Assembly: GCA_010028225.1 (NCBI GenBank)
Contig: RGOY01000001.1
Span: 1 to 28,753, forward strand
Direction: 5' to 3'
DNA from: Actinomycetota bacterium
GTDB lineage: Bacteria; Actinomycetota; Actinomycetes; Nanopelagicales; Nanopelagicaceae
DNA: 28,753 nt
Shown here: positions 27,977 to 28,753 of the stretch, piece after piece
Numbering within the stretch: the stretch's first letter is position 1
Layout of the letters: each line of letters opens with the position of its first letter
Made by a program: the position numbers and the translations under genes
The notes under the pieces: model-generated
Database searches by the model: none
Seen by the model: only the letters and a program-made list of their open reading frames with translations
What the model was told of the DNA's origin: nothing

Positions 27977-28753
27977 ATGCCTGAGATTTCTGCGAAATTC
28001 CCCCGTGAATGGCTTGAATTTGAAGATCCTAATAACGAGAAGCAACTAATTCGTTGTGACATCACTTGGCTGACATCAAGTTGGAATTGCATCTACGGAA
28101 ATGGCTGTCAAGGAATATATGCACAGACACCAAATGATGGGTGCTGCTCTGAAGGCGCGATGTACTCCGATAAAGATGATGAAAAACGCGTTCTCAAATA
28201 TGCGGCAAAACTAAAACGCAGCGAGTGGCAATTCTTTGATGAAGCGCAACCAAAGCGCAAAGGTGGAAAATTAAATGTTAGTGAAGTAGATGAAGATAAC
28301 GAACGAAAGACTCGTAATGTTAAAAATGGCTGCATCTTTCTCAATCGCAAAGGGCATGAAGCGCCTGGTTTTACTGGTGAAATGGGATGCGTTCTACATC
28401 ACTTGGCAATCAGGGAAGGCGTCCATTTTGTTGAAACGAAACCTGATGTCTGTTGGCAATTACCAATTCGTCGTTCCTTCGAAAAATTAGATCTTGGTGA
28501 CGATGAAGTAAAGCAAGTGACTGTCATCGGTGAGTACGAACGGCGAGGTTGGGGTCCAGGAGGCGTCGAGTTTGATTGGTACTGCACAAGCAACTCAGAG
28601 GCGCACAACGGAAAAGAGCCGGTTTATATTTCTAATGCTTATGAATTAATTAAGTTGATGGGAACCAAGGCATACGCAGTACTGAAAGAGATCTGCGATA
28701 CGCGGATGGAGGCGCGGCGCCAAGCCGCTCCTAAACTGCTGCCCTTACTTCAG
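27977..28753 (+). CDS. Conserved actinobacterial Cys-rich protein, Rv0498-like, YkgJ/DUF3109-like metal or Fe-S binding (runs off the right edge; not in ORF track)
   Basis: MPEISAKFPREWLEF...WNCIYGNGCQG...DGCCSEGA...GCIFLNR...GCVLH...KPDVCWQLPIRR...WYCT; open frame to the window edge. Confidence 0.85.
   Translation, partial: MPEISAKFPREWLEFEDPNNEKQLIRCDITWLTSSWNCIYGNGCQGIYAQTPNDGCCSEGAMYSDKDDEKRVLKYAAKLKRSEWQFFDEAQPKRKGGKLNVSEVDEDNERKTRNVKNGCIFLNRKGHEAPGFTGEMGCVLHHLAIREGVHFVETKPDVCWQLPIRRSFEKLDLGDDEVKQVTVIGEYERRGWGPGGVEFDWYCTSNSEAHNGKEPVYISNAYELIKLMGTKAYAVLKEICDTRMEARRQAAPKLLPLLQ

Noticed and set aside
27977-28753. Lower GC in the last gene (about 45% by hand count over 28021-28740, versus about 50% in a few lines sampled elsewhere) as a sign of transfer
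   Set aside because: The difference is small, partly explained by Lys/Asn/Asp/Glu-rich composition, and the gene is in its expected position near proC.
1-28753. tRNA, rRNA, CRISPR array, IS or prophage genes
   Set aside because: No non-coding gap reaches 100 bp, there is no repeat-spacer array, and no transposase, integrase or phage motifs were seen.

Overview
Gene-dense core-metabolism region (roughly 50% GC by eye) of a streamlined actinobacterium. Gene order, protein style and TANNNT leaderless promoters fit Nanopelagicales/acI-like freshwater lineages; this placement is inference. Left to right: nuoG(partial)FEDCBA; a classical menaquinone cluster (menG frameshifted, menF, menD, menC, menB, menE, menA); a PLDc_N membrane protein; a System II cytochrome c maturation operon (histidine phosphatase, TlpA/ResA, ccdA, resB, ccsB); an XPB helicase module (interrupted Helicase_C_3+WYL partner, M20 peptidase, XPB); a glutaredoxin; a secreted zincin-Fn3-beta-propeller protein; ribosomal protein bS22 (missed by the ORF track); a secreted repeat protein; proC; and a Cys-rich Rv0498-like gene (partial). 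I found no rRNA, tRNA, CRISPR array or mobile element. Best leads: (i) a TFIIH XPB/p52-like pair with a WYL domain, whose partner gene is broken; (ii) no hem genes where mycobacteria carry them, although cytochrome c maturation is kept; (iii) an E. coli-type, bicarbonate-dependent MenB; (iv) a frameshifted menG with no adjacent menJ; (v) symmetric bidirectional promoters and -10 boxes built on upstream stop codons; (vi) a tandem repeat made from the last codons of ccsB. All family assignments come from motif recognition and recalled homologs; no database search was run.
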